Shown here: positions 51,201-64,000 of the stretch, in pieces
How positions within the stretch are numbered: the stretch's first letter is position 1
How the letters are laid out: the number at the start of each line of letters is the position of its first letter
Translations under genes and position numbers: made by a program
Notes under the pieces: model-generated
What the model was told of the DNA's origin: nothing
What the model saw: the letters and a program-made list of their open reading frames with translations, nothing else
Databases searched by the model: none
From: Fimbriosthenelais zetlandica
Taxonomy: Eukaryota
Direction: 5' to 3'
DNA length: 64,000 nt
NCBI GenBank assembly: GCA_977030845.1
Contig: OZ365114.1
Span: 16,058,001-16,122,000 of the forward strand

Positions 51201-54200
51201 ACGTGTCATCGATGCTCGCCTCATTTGAAAGGGAAGCTCGGGTAGGGCACTAAAATGTAGTTTAACCTTCCTTGTTCCATCAAACAGTGGAAAGTCTTTT
51301 AGAACTGATCATCTCTCGTCTCAGCATGCCATAATTCATTATAAACCTGGTCCATACCTTCTGATGTAAAGCATGTTAGTGAATATCATTAATTCTTGTA
51401 TAGGCCTCTTTATCTTTGTTAATTTGATTTCGCCAGACCAGGATTAACGAGGAATGGTGGATTTCATGATGGATGATTATTTTCCACCAAATTGTGTGTA
51501 TTTGGAGTCCTTCCAAACACTAATGAAAACAATGAACATTGGAAACTTGCCAACAAAGGCTTGACCATGCTCTCCTCCATTGCAAAACACACTATGGGCA
51601 TTCTGCCTTTGCTTCAAGCGTAATCAAGACTAAATTGTAAATCACAGGCCCTTACTGTTGGTATTGGGTTCTTTCTTTAAGGCCAAGGAAGAAGCCCATA
51701 CTACCTTAGGAGTTCATATGACTGTAATTAGTTTAGAATAGGTTGGTTCATTGTTTTGGCATACAATGAGGGTCATTTTGTGATGACGAGGAAACACGCT
51801 GTTGGCTCTACGGCCTGCTCTAATTGACTGACTGCAAATTGGGGATCTTTTACATACTTCACGTCAGTGGGAGACACGGCTGTCCTTTGATGGATGCAGT
51901 TAGCAGCACTGGGGGCAGCTGAAGTTTAATATTCTAGATTTGGCTAATACTTGAGGAAGTTGCATGTGCCTTCAAAATCTACTTTGCGAATCAAAAAGGA
52001 TGGCCAGTTGAAGAATAGAAATCCAGTCAAACCACTTGGCCGTTCGTTTTAGTATAACACTTATCAACATTAGGTGGCAGCTGAAAGGGGAAGCTCCCTG
52101 GTGTTACTTTCCACACATTGAGAAACGCTGAGATCAGCACGTTTCCCTGACAACCAAACAGCCATCAGTGACCGCTTACTGGGGAGGTGGTGAGTGTGGA
52201 AATTAAGGGTTAAATTACTGGGTAAGTGCTGGCTCACTGGTACTGGGAGGCAATGACTTTACTCCGGAGGCTCATTCCTTGAGTGCTGTCTATAGACTGA
52301 CTGATGAATGAAAAGTACCAGAGGTTCCCTCACTCTCAGCCAGTCCACAAACGATTGACAAACATTAACATGAAATGAAAATACATGCATATTTTAGGTG
52401 TACTCTATCATTGATAATAACTCCTGTGGGAAATTAATAAGAAAAAATGCTTAAATAATACAATAATGCTTTCATGTGAATGCGTTTGACAAGAAGGATT
52501 CTTTTGTAGCACATTACATGGGCGTTAGTTTTTCTGGCTCTTTCTCATTCCTCATTTGAAGTACAGCCATATCAAAGCCATTCACTTTTATGATACTTTG
52601 TTCTCTTTTTATCAAAGTGTCATACTTTCTTCATATAGGAACTGATAAGTGACTGCCATGTGGCTAGAGATATCTCTCTTCACAGAGAGAAACTGCCTGA
52701 ACTATGAAGGTTTTGTGAAGGTCCCCTATTGCTTAAAAAATGTAATGATTGTGTCCTAAAACAAGTGGTCCAAGTCCAAATGGACTGTAAAATTCATAAT
52801 TATATTGCATATTTCCTCATTCCTGCACAGCACAAGAATACATGCATGGCAACCTAATTCACACTGTTATGATGCAAGTCAGAAGTCAGATCAAAATGAG
52901 AGTGCATTGTTTGACCTGAACATTGTTTCATGATTACACAGAGACATGTCATCACATACAATCATAGTATCATCCTGCCGTCTCTGATTATATGAACCAT
53001 ATAATTGTTCTTCATGGGTTAATATTTGCTGGCCTTTTTCCAGGTCAATCATCTAAGTATAGTTCATCAGGGGCTTGTTTCAGAACAAAGATTTAGCCTA
53101 TAATGGTTACGAAATAGGCTCCAGTTTTATTTAGATAGTCCTTTCCTAAATGTTTCTGGAGAGTCTCGTAAAGATAGATCCCCAAAGGAGAGTCTAGTGG
53201 CAGACTGAAAAGTAGTAACACCTGCCTTTGCATTTGCATTGAAATTATATTAACCGTTGTTTCCATGCAAAAAATCAGAAGAGCAATATTTCTGGTATTA
53301 CTCTTCTGGAAGTTCCTTTTCACGGATACATTTTCTTTCCTCATAGATTTGAACAATAAATGAAGGCGTGTAAAACAGGAGGGAATAAACATGGAGGCCT
53401 GTCAGCTGGTTCTCGTGTTTTAAGACGGTACCTTGAGAACTACTACTTCTTCTGGACCTGAAAACTACCAGACCTTTGTTGATCAGGATCCTTTGAAAAA
53501 ACCATCTTCCTCCTACCCATGTTTGGTATATTGTTTTGCATCATTGGCTTTATTTCTTTTCATCCTGCCAGTACAATGGATTCCATCCTGAGAATCCTTT
53601 TGTGCTTTTGGGCCTCAGCGTCCACCTTTTCCCAATGAAAGCTGGTGTCTCCTTGTCCTATAAGAACCCAACCAGGACCACCTTGCCAGAATTGATTTTT
53701 TCTTTTCACTGCCCACACTCAGTTGTACCAAATATTTTAAGTTTTAATCCATGACTTCAACAATAACTTTTGTCACGTAAAGGAAATACGATATTTTCTT
53801 TAACATTGGTACCTTAGGAAAAACAGGTGTAATGGATAGGCAGTGAGTACATTCCAGTCTTTGATATATTGGTCATATTTGGAAGTTTGGCTTTTTAGCA
53901 GTCTCAAAAATTCTCCTTTGAATATTTATGTGATGCTTCTGAATTTCCACTTTAAGTATATATGCTTTTTTCTATAGACGCTCTAGATATTATATCCCAT
54001 AGACATTGCTCCTGGGATATTGCGGGGAAAAATTAAGAATAATGATGTGAATTATGCTAATGGTGACCACACAGGCAGGTGTTATATTGTATGTAATTAT
54101 GTTAGGTGTTATAAATCATTAGATCTAGCTCTTAAATGGTTAGAATCTAACAATGTATGCAAGTGCTTCCCTGTAGAAAAGCTCTATAATAGATGTGAGA

Positions 54201-57200
54201 CAAATATCTGTAAAAAAATAAGAATAAACTTACATTTTTACTGAAGAACGATATGGGTCATCGCCATATTAGAGATATGAAAAGGTATGACTGTACAACA
54301 TTATTTTGACATCAGATATTGCTTGTAAGCAATGCTCAGCATAAGTAGGCTTACATCTTTGTATAGCCAACTGTGTAACAGCCATAAGCAGCTTACTGGA
54401 ATTGATCAATCTAGAGTTGGATTTACTGAGCCTGTCCCATTCTTCTCTCATATCTCATCTTCAGCTGATCCAGCAGGTAACCTTGTAGCTAGCCCAAGGA
54501 TTATGGAGTTACCATTGGTCAACCCCAAACCCATATATAGTCAGTGGAGCATACTCCCATAGAGCCCCTCAGCTTATTGCACTGGCATCAGTGTGCAGAA
54601 AACACGAGCAACTGACCCATATCAAACAGAAACCCTCTCCTTGCATTCAATAGAACAGTACATAGCCTCACCACTCTTTTCGCAATGCAATAAGCTAATG
54701 TGCTCATAAGTGTTCATTCCCAGAGATATTCATTCCTCTCAGTGGTCGCCCCTTACACAGTCCAGAATCTAGATTTGCAGGTTAAGTCCATCTGAAGTTG
54801 GAAGATGGAGGCTGAAACCACCCCACCAACAACAAGCTCATTCTTCTTCATTTAGCCTGGGATGTTGCACAGGCTTAAGAAAGTAAGGCAGACTTGGTGC
54901 AGTAAACCATTCAGCGGGTTGGAGCAGTGTATAGGCACACTAAGGCCATCTTTAGTATTATACTCACCATGACTGGACATTATGCTTTATGACCTGAGGA
55001 CATGGATGCTAAAAGTGCCAGGATAGCACCATCGATGTAACAGTCCTCGAGTTTAGCCTGGCACAAAAAACCATTGTTCCATTTACGGATGGTGTATTCC
55101 TGTACTAAATGTAATCTTTCAGCCATTTTTCATGGACGACCGACACTAGGTGGCCGGATTGGATTTCAGGGCCAGACACTGTATGACAAACGACAGGCAG
55201 TCTGCCAGAGCAAAACACTGTGGCAGGTGCTGTTGCTCATAAGGAGAAGGGGCCACGTGGAGCACGGGAGGAAGAAAGGCGATGCCATGGTATTTACATT
55301 AGCAGCTGATCAACTGCATCGAAATCCATTCCCGTATTATCTGCTGGGGGATAAACTATGATAGATGAAGGCGTGTATTAGAATATCACATCATTTAGCT
55401 GATAAACTCTGACCAGTCTTGCATGGATGTTCTGCTAATGAAGGAAGTGATGACTGTCAATCGATAAAAGATTGATCTGGGTTTTGTAGGTTCAGCATAC
55501 CCCTCGACTTCCTCTCATCACTTACTGCTAGGTTTAAACTAATATGATCCTTATTTCCACTGGGACATTTCTAGAATTTGAAGACTCGAAGTAGAGCTAC
55601 TGCATGGTGGCACAGCTTCCTGCATAAATTTGAATAATTAGCATACATTAACCTAATTTCTGAGCTCCTGATTGGCTAAAAATATTGGCCAGGTGCACAT
55701 AACACCCACAACAACAGCATAGATTATGATATAATGCCCCATGCAGACTTCCTTTTCTATGTCACAGGTCCTGCTTGGTGTTAGATGGGAAAACCTTGCC
55801 AGGCACCTCACTAAGTGAGGTAGGAGGTGGACAGGAAAGTACTTTTGCTTGGGTTATGGCTAAACTACGTTTGCCTGGATTGATTGAGTCTGGAACATCA
55901 CCAGACGCCTGACGCTTGATTCCGTTTCAGATGTGGCATCTCATGATTCTTGAGGTTCTGGGTGATATTAAGAGGAAGGAAGGCAATAGGGATCAATAGT
56001 TAGTTGGAGAAGGGGGATATTTGATGTTGGTTGGAAGCTTCATGTGCCCCACAACCGAGAACTGCCCTTGCCCTTCTAAGGTCCTTCAATTTGCACCAGG
56101 GATGGAGAAAAAATCCACAGACCAGCAGCTGTATGATCTAGTTTCTATTTTAAGCTTCAATTTGATCCTGTCCCTTAGATCTGGTTCAAGTAGTTTCGTT
56201 TTAGTATTTTATCCTAGAATACAATCACAGTCATTCTCTGATCAGAATATTCGAGCAATATACACTGCAGTAATTTGGCGTAGTCAGTATGTACCAAAGG
56301 TAATGTTTCAGCGTGCTGATATCAGGGTGCTGGTACGTCTATGTTATCTTATAGGGCCACAAGTGAAGGAGAGATAACCCATCCAATACTGACCAGAGAA
56401 AGAATAGTAAATGACTGTCTGGTTGAGCTAGACCTCAGCTAATCTTGCGTCGAGATTTGCACAGTCATGAGATAGGCACATGCCGTGGATCTTTCACCCA
56501 GGGGACAGATCGTACATGGCTTCCCTAGTGTCTGTCCCCGATAGTCCTAAAGTATTCTTGATCACATGACTTCCGCGAGACCTCTCATGCGACTTACACC
56601 CTGACGCAGATCTACGAGGCATCCTTTACAATAAAGGGCTTAGGGAAGGTCCCTAAAAAGATTGGCCTAAGGCTTTAGCCACTGGTGCCTTGGGTGACTA
56701 TGGCAGTGGGGCATGTTCGTTGAATACTAATTGATTCTTTGATGCAGTTACTGATTCTACAAAGTTAGGGCCTCATATGGGATTCCAGTCAGTCTATAGG
56801 GACGCTGCTGGCCTGAGTGGCTGCTAAGTCAGTTGGCCAGTCTGACCTAGATGCTTTCATAATAACATGATCACCTGGGGCAAATATAGAATATAAATCA
56901 CAGGGTCCAACAATTCCCAGATACACCTCTCAAGCAATAAAGGGACACTGCAGCTTTTGTGGGCCTGATCTTCTTGTGTCAATATCTCTGAAATGAACCT
57001 TTTATTTCTCTGCCCGAAGACAAGTTTTACCAATACTGTAAAAAAGAGTTATATTTAACAATGTTGTTGACTTTCTCGTGTCCTCATTACATCAGGATTT
57101 GTTTGTTCTTTCAACTAAATATGATGGGAATGCTCGGCCCAAGGTGAAAAACACAAAACCAATACAGACATAACTAAACATTAGAAATAAGGACACTCCT

Positions 57201-58034
57201 AACTTTAATGAATGCAGAGGACTATTTCGAATGATCCAGATCCAAGAAATCGGATATGGTCACATTTCCCTGGTCTGAAGAACACCCTTCCAGGAAATGG
57301 GAAATCTCAGATGCCAAATCATGTTTCAGGATTGCATAATTACTTGTTGTACTGTTGCTCATGCATATTCGTAATGTCGATATAACTATTATTTTCTTAA
57401 AAAGACCCACTTGCAATACCCAAATGATTTCGTCATAATTATATAAACAAGCTTTATATATATATTGGCCACATTGACAACTCTAAAGGCATCTAATGTA
57501 AGTACTTATTGGGAAACAGATTTGCCTCATTTTTTTTGTCATCTGTAAAAAAAACGCTTTACCACAAATTCCCGTAAGCGGATAAGAAATCTGTTGGGAG
57601 TGTAAACCTGGTAAGATCTTCCTTCTAACATCTACCAATCTTAGATTATCTCCTGAAAGAAATATCTAGCCGGAATTGGTATCAATGTCATGATTAAGAG
57701 ATAAGTGCATCGACCACATCAAATACTTGATCCACGACTCATATAGCTGCTTATGAGGAATGTCTGGATCAAGAAGTAGACATCATCCTTTTCATCTTCA
57801 CTCGAGAAGACTTATATGTCATTATGGTAAATTGAGTCTGGGCTAGCTAGGAAGGATATATGCAGGGGAATGGGGATAATCTCTCACCACAACAAATGGG
57901 TAAAAGTAGTCTTACACGGACATTAGGAGCATTGTAGTTGTGCCATTTTCATCAACTTGCTGATTTAATATTAATCAAATATCCAAGTTAAAAAAACCTC
58001 AACCCATTTCTAACTCGCCTCTTTTTCTTTCCAG

Positions 58035-58069
58035 GTATGTATCCTTGGTGTCAATATACGATGTTACAG
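58035..58069 (+). other. Candidate 35-nt micro-exon or recursive splice site
   Basis: Branch point CTAAC (58010-58014), tract tcgcctctttttctttccag, immediately followed by GTATGT; second donor ttacag|GTAGGG at 58070. Confidence 0.4.
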
Positions 58070-60511
58070 GTAGGGAAAATCTTTATAGTAATCTCTTACC
58101 ATAGACATAGTTGAAACTAGTGCATACCTGTACACAGAGATGTGTTTTCCTCTGCTACTGAGCTAAGTATAAGGCTCCATCAAAATTCCAAGAGAATTCA
58201 ATAAAGATTGGCAGGTCTACCAAGCCACACTATCCGGATCAGACTCTTTTCAATCTGTGGGGGAATCCATCTTCAGGCGCCTCAGAATTCCTTTAACAAC
58301 ACGAGGGGATGACTCCAGTGAAAGGAGTGGGGACCGTTAACGTGGCCCACAGTAATACCACAGATTAATAAGACTCAAGGGTAATTTGGAAAGGGAATGT
58401 CGGCTGGGGTCAAATTAAGGGGTGGCAGCATCAAATTGACCCGACCTCTGGACTCAACTTACCACAATATCGCTCCTAGCGTGGGCTGACAGGCTTGGCG
58501 ATGAGCCAAGAAGGGCTCATCTGTCTTGTCATTGGTCTGCAGACTTAGGGCTTCGAACTTTCACGTCTTCTCGCTATTCCCATGTGCGGGACTTGGCGAG
58601 GCGTGAGATTCAGGCTGCAGAGGTCCATCATAACAAAATGGATCAACACAAGAGGGGCAGAGGCGGGCAGATTACCTTGTAAATGGGTTGGGACGGTTAT
58701 GTATACATTCTAGATGAGGATTTGCCCAAGCGATATACCAGTGATATCTGAGGAACAGTGATACTGTGATGTTAAAGACTATGTATATCATCTGTATGCA
58801 CTGAGACCAACGGACTATGTCCCAGTACCGAGGAGTTTGAATATTGATCCAGTTCTGTTTTCTCTGTTCTATAACTCCTAGCTCTAACTCAAACAGAGAA
58901 GGTTTAAATCAAGCGTCTTCTGAAAAAGTCCATTCACTCCAATGCTAATTCCAAGAACAAGGGTAAGGTGTGATTGATGAACGCTTCAAGGGATTGAATT
59001 TCATGTAATTTGCTCTAGTGTCTTTATTATTTGCCCCAGTGCTTAGCTTCGATTTCGAATTGCAGTGCCTGGAAATTGTAATGTCAAATCTGAACCTAAC
59101 CAAAGAGGTGGAAAAGCTGTTGCTGAGAAATGACTTTCCATAGCAGAAAGGTTTATCTTTGCCTCATTACAAAGAACATGCATCTAATGCATCTGACAGG
59201 CAATCTGTGATGCATCAAGACAGATGGTCGAGAGGAGACCAGCTGGGACAAGTTACACCCATCTAATCGCATTAAACCATGAGGCCCAAGTTTGCCTTCT
59301 AACCCAAAAGAAATCCAAGCAGGGAAATTGATTGTAAGATTATAGAAGAATTGTACTGGTTTCCAGGCGTGTAGGTCCTTGTCCCTGAGAGTCTGTTGCT
59401 CTTCCATAGTTAGTTCCAAGAGGCACTTTGACTTAGTAAACCTCGTTTAACAAAAATAATGAACTTCATTTGAAGCTAATGCAAGGAAGTAACTTTATGA
59501 CCTAATAGCAGAATGGCTTTAGCAATTTGGTCTCACGTGACAATAATTTAGTGTCTGGCTGGAGCTATTATCTTCGGCTTTGTTTGCTTCAATCCCCAGA
59601 CACATTAATTTATGATAATATTAAAAGGACTTTCTTCAGCAATGGGAGAATGAAAGTGGCTTTAAATGAGGTTGTCATATGACTAATCTTAAAGGTAGTT
59701 AATTGTAACCTTTGCTAATGCGTCAACTATATAGTGCATCAACTGTTGTTGCAGCCACAGGGGAGTCTGGACCTTCCAGTTATATAGGTGGACAGCAGCT
59801 ACCAGCTTAAACCATAGCTGCAGAACACAGAAAACATCTTAAGACTGATCGTCCAGAGGGTCAGTTTGACCAGTGTCCTATCAGAGCGACATCACTGACC
59901 ATTTACCTTGACCCATGTGTTAACAAACAGAGGCAAGCAGCACAACAGCTGGCTCTTCAAAGCTCCAATTATGTGCCACTGCATGGACAAAATGGTCTCT
60001 ATCATTCATATATGAATATGGCTATCGAGAGAGCCAGCCAATTTGTACCAACCGTATATAAGTGGAATTGATCAGGTGTTTCGAACACCAGTTATGAGCC
60101 ATATAAAAAGACAATTTTCTATATACTACGAGGCAAAGATCTGCCATGAAAAAATAGCAATTTCTTGATACTTCTAGTATGAACAGAACCTTAGCAGGGT
60201 GTATGTAGTATGTGGAAACGGGAAATATGTTAAGGTTCTGCTACCATAAAGATGTTTAGCATTTAAATATTTCAATAGCACGGCCCACCATACTTGCACC
60301 CTCGCCATCTCAGACCACCACTTCTGTTGTCAGTAATACCCCTTGGCACAATCCTGGCATTCTCCACCAACTCAGTTAACTATGGATGCACGCAACTTCC
60401 GGAAATGAAATCCATTTTCTTCTGAAATTTGACTATAATTTGGTCTTAACGGCAAATGGCCTGCAGTGTGACAGTTAACGGCATTCTGACGGCTACACAT
60501 GAATACAGACA

Positions 60512-60525
60512 CCCCCCCCCCCCCC
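60512..60525. repeat. Poly(C)14 tract
   Basis: Read directly from the sequence. Confidence 0.9.
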
Positions 60526-63500
60526 TCGCAATCCCAACCTCACCACCCACCCACCCTGACTAATCTGCCAATGCTATTACCCACTGCCTTCATTATGCTA
60601 ATCTCGAGGGCCATTTAGAAGAACGAGGATTTCACGGTCGACTTGTTTCCTAGCCTCGATAGGCGAATGTGTGGGCTTCGATAATAAACATCATGGATGG
60701 AATTATTAAAATAGCGATCATTATCTATTATTAGATGAGAATGGATGAAGTCTGTATTGATGGGTTTGGAGCAATTGATTTTGTGTTAACTCTATGCTGT
60801 TCGAATTTAATATAACAAGGGATATAATTGGAGCAATAAACACTGCCTTATGGTAGTGGTATATGAACATTTATATTGTCAAGACATGGATCCATGTTAG
60901 TCCATGTGAACATGGAGTTATTTCTGGAATGTTTTCAGTTTATGAATAATGTTCATCCGATTGAAACGGCTCTAATACGCTTTCCACTACATAACCAGCT
61001 TCCTATTCCCCGCTGAGGTATTAGACCACTATGTTACCGTTACGTTCCCAAAAGCGTTCAAGAATACACTGGAGTCAATCAAGCATTTACAAGCTGTCTG
61101 GATTGTTTATGATCCCCATTCCAAGTTCCCATGGCAACAATACACAGGGTAAAGCAGCAGGAGCTGTGGTTATGTATACCAATCCATCCATTCCTCCCAG
61201 CTTGTCAAATGATATGTATGGCCCATGCATCAATCAAACAACTGCCCTTTATAGGAGGTAATGGCGGATATGATCACATCTCACACATCACTTTCTTGCC
61301 ATGACTGATGCTTTCTGGTCTGCCTATATAAGGAGAGCTCAACTCACCAATGCCTTTCAAACCGTGCCACCATTTACATTCACAACTATTGGTATACTCT
61401 CCTGGGAAAACCATGCAGTGCCATATGGATTCTATTTAAAAGAACGTGACATATACCAATGGAATGTGGACTCTCTCCCCAGTCCAGCTCGGTAACCGGA
61501 TATGCGTAATAATTGTGCTCCAGCCAAGTGTGCATGCTCCAATATTGTGTCGGTATAGCCAATCATCTGGTGGAGAAGAGCTCCTCATTTTACAGAATGG
61601 TTGTTTGGGGGCAATGAATGCACACCTGGTTGCCACTGGAGATATGTGAGGAGGGGGAAGGGAATGATTAGTGACTGGAGAAAGGGTCGGTTTGCTGCAT
61701 CAGGCGCGTTCCCACAAGCAACGTCCATGGAAACCAAGAGAGCAAGATTGCCATCCAGGCTTACTTTGTGCTAGAACACAAAGACAGATCTGCCTGTTCC
61801 TTCTATATTTGCATTTTGGTAAGGGGAACTACAGTAATGAGATCCACCGTTTTTGATATTCGATTCTGTAAGCAATTTAATCAAGATTGTCAATTTCTGT
61901 GAACCCATTTGTGGGGAGAATTTTAAACATAGTTAATTAGTAGCATTCGCAAATTTCAAAACTCATTGACTTTGACTGGCCAGTGGCAAGCCTGCGAAAT
62001 GTTTGAAGCCCTTGGAATTTGGGAATTACATCCTTTCATGCAATATGACTGTTTCACCTTCGCATAATGAAAAAAATTACAGACTAACTATAATAATTCA
62101 CTCTCAGCTGCTCACCAATTCAATTAGAAATCTTCATCATGCCCCCTGGGGAATAATGTTTACCATTGTCCCTTCTTTTCGACGAGTCCCTGCATCTGTC
62201 GTGGCAGGACCATGTTGAGCAAACCTGTGCTAGACACAACCATACCAATCGCCCAGCAGTGCAGGCAATTGCCTCGACCTCTATGGACTACGCACATTTC
62301 CCTCCTAGGCCCCAGGGGCACTGTCCACCATATATAAATACCCCCCTACTACCCTTGGGAAGGGGATATTGTTTAGGGGGGTGTAGGCATACTAGGGGCA
62401 AGCCGGGTGCCAAGGGGCAAGGGTGACTAGGGCTTGGTGCTCGTGAGTGGGATGGACCCAAGTGGCTTTGACGGGATGATTTATGGTGCAAACCCTATGC
62501 GACCCCTGTGGGGCTGTAATGTAATGATTTTACATAAAGCCATTCTTACCAAGCAAGAATCAATCTTATATTGTAACCTCTCCTAGTCAGGCACTCGAGA
62601 TCCGAGATAAAATCAGCTAACATGGTATGGATTTATGCAGTGGGTAATGCCTCGCCTCGTCCAGCCTATGAATAAAAGGGGCGTATCGTTTATGATGACA
62701 TGGTAACGGACTTCCTGACCGTGGTGTTTGTGTCAAATTAATGTATCAAATCGTACAGAGGGCAATGGAAATCGTTACGATGATTAGTTCATCTGATACA
62801 GTTCAGGTGATTCTGACAGTCTTATGCAAGAAATGTGCCAGCATTCAACAGACAAAAACCCTCTATATTGAAGTTGATTACGGAGTCTATTTTTCCAAGC
62901 AACAATATCCTGAACGAAAAGAGGGGGCAAACTTAATAAGGTCGGGAAGAAATCCTCAGGGTTTTCTAATATCATAGGCTGTTTATTACTTTCCTTTAAT
63001 CAAAGAATAACATATACCCCTAGAGTATCAACTTTCACGTGACTGGACATTCAACTCCCTTGACCGCTACCAATAGAGTCTATGGCAGGCCCCGCAGGAC
63101 TATTCTGCTATATAGCATCCTGGAAGGCACTGACGTCAGAGGCGTATTCCTGTGCATGTGTATATATTCCACCCCTTTCCCTTTAGTACACTGTGTTCAT
63201 ACAGCCGTGCTTTTTTTCGATCAGGTCTGGTCTTGGCTCCTCCCAGATGTATGTGAAGGGGGACGAGGGACTGAATTTAGATCACTTTGTATCAGCCATA
63301 AACAGGCAAGCCATTACAAAATTATCATGGCTCACTGACTCCACTGGGCAGGGCATGAAGAAAAAGGCAAGCTATCTCTCATCTTTCTCTCCATTAAGGC
63401 TATATAGCTAGGCTTTACAAGCCTAGTGATGGAAAGTAAAGGGAAGGTGTGAGCTTCTTCAGGAGAAAATGGTAGTTGCCAGGAAGCATTGTGTTGATCT

Positions 63501-64000
63501 TACACTGTGTTAAAACGAATCCAGGCAGACATCCCTCCACAGAGCCATCACATCAGCCCAACCCTGAGACATTGATACCAAATATGATTCCCTATACGGC
63601 GGCTATCAGATTTGTAAGCTGCTTACGTAAATCCTATGCAGTGGTTTCACCAACGTCCTTTCCTGCCACATTACCCTGGTGTGTGTTCCTTTAAGAAAAA
63701 CATATCTTAGAAGACATTTTTCCCTGGGACACCTAAAAGAAGTTCAAAACAGGAACCTAGCTGTCTAGACTTCACATTTACATTCATGACTTGTTCGCTC
63801 CTCATATCATTACATTGGCTCCCTTTCGCAATTTTGCAGAATAGCAAAGAAGATTTTAAGATATTCCGTCGTGATTTAATCAATGCGCAGATCTGGACAG
63901 CCTAATCTATGGAATATACTTTTCATGACTCAACCTTTTTTGCTGGCAGACACAATGCCTGGAGAGAGACATTTGTGGATGAGTGAATTTAGGGGGAGGA

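Noticed and set aside
51460-51620. NEHWKLA resembling the Ulp1/C48 protease HW motif
   Set aside because: The Q..DCG catalytic motif was not found and the spacing is wrong.

Overview
Eukaryotic (animal) genomic DNA of roughly 40% GC by eye. It is CpG-depleted with a few short CpG-rich islands, and has no long ORFs; the supplied ORF track (all <=140 aa) is mostly chance. It reads as intronic or intergenic DNA full of transposable-element debris. Best-supported features: (1) a full-length tRNA-derived Meta/MESC-type SINE with a 14-bp target-site duplication (8392-8728), which suggests a mollusc or other lophotrochozoan host (inference); (2) a ~900-bp TIR element with a 4-bp AAAT TSD, Sola2-like (9269-10165); (3) two copies of a Helitron/Helentron-like non-autonomous element with internal ~316-bp tandem units and a 3' hairpin plus CTAG (6.1-6.7 kb and 44.7-45.3 kb); (4) a CpG-rich, internally duplicated, palindrome-rich promoter-like island at 38.1-38.45 kb. 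Weaker, motif-only calls are degraded Helentron helicase/APE, LINE C-terminal and BEL/Pao pol fragments. Several strong splice signals hint at host genes with very small exons, including two AG|GT recursive-splice-like sites on the + strand and a possible first coding exon on the - strand at 20.3-20.4 kb. No host gene could be identified by name. I found no rRNA, functional tRNA, CRISPR array or clearly novel multi-gene system; the findings below are hypotheses to test.
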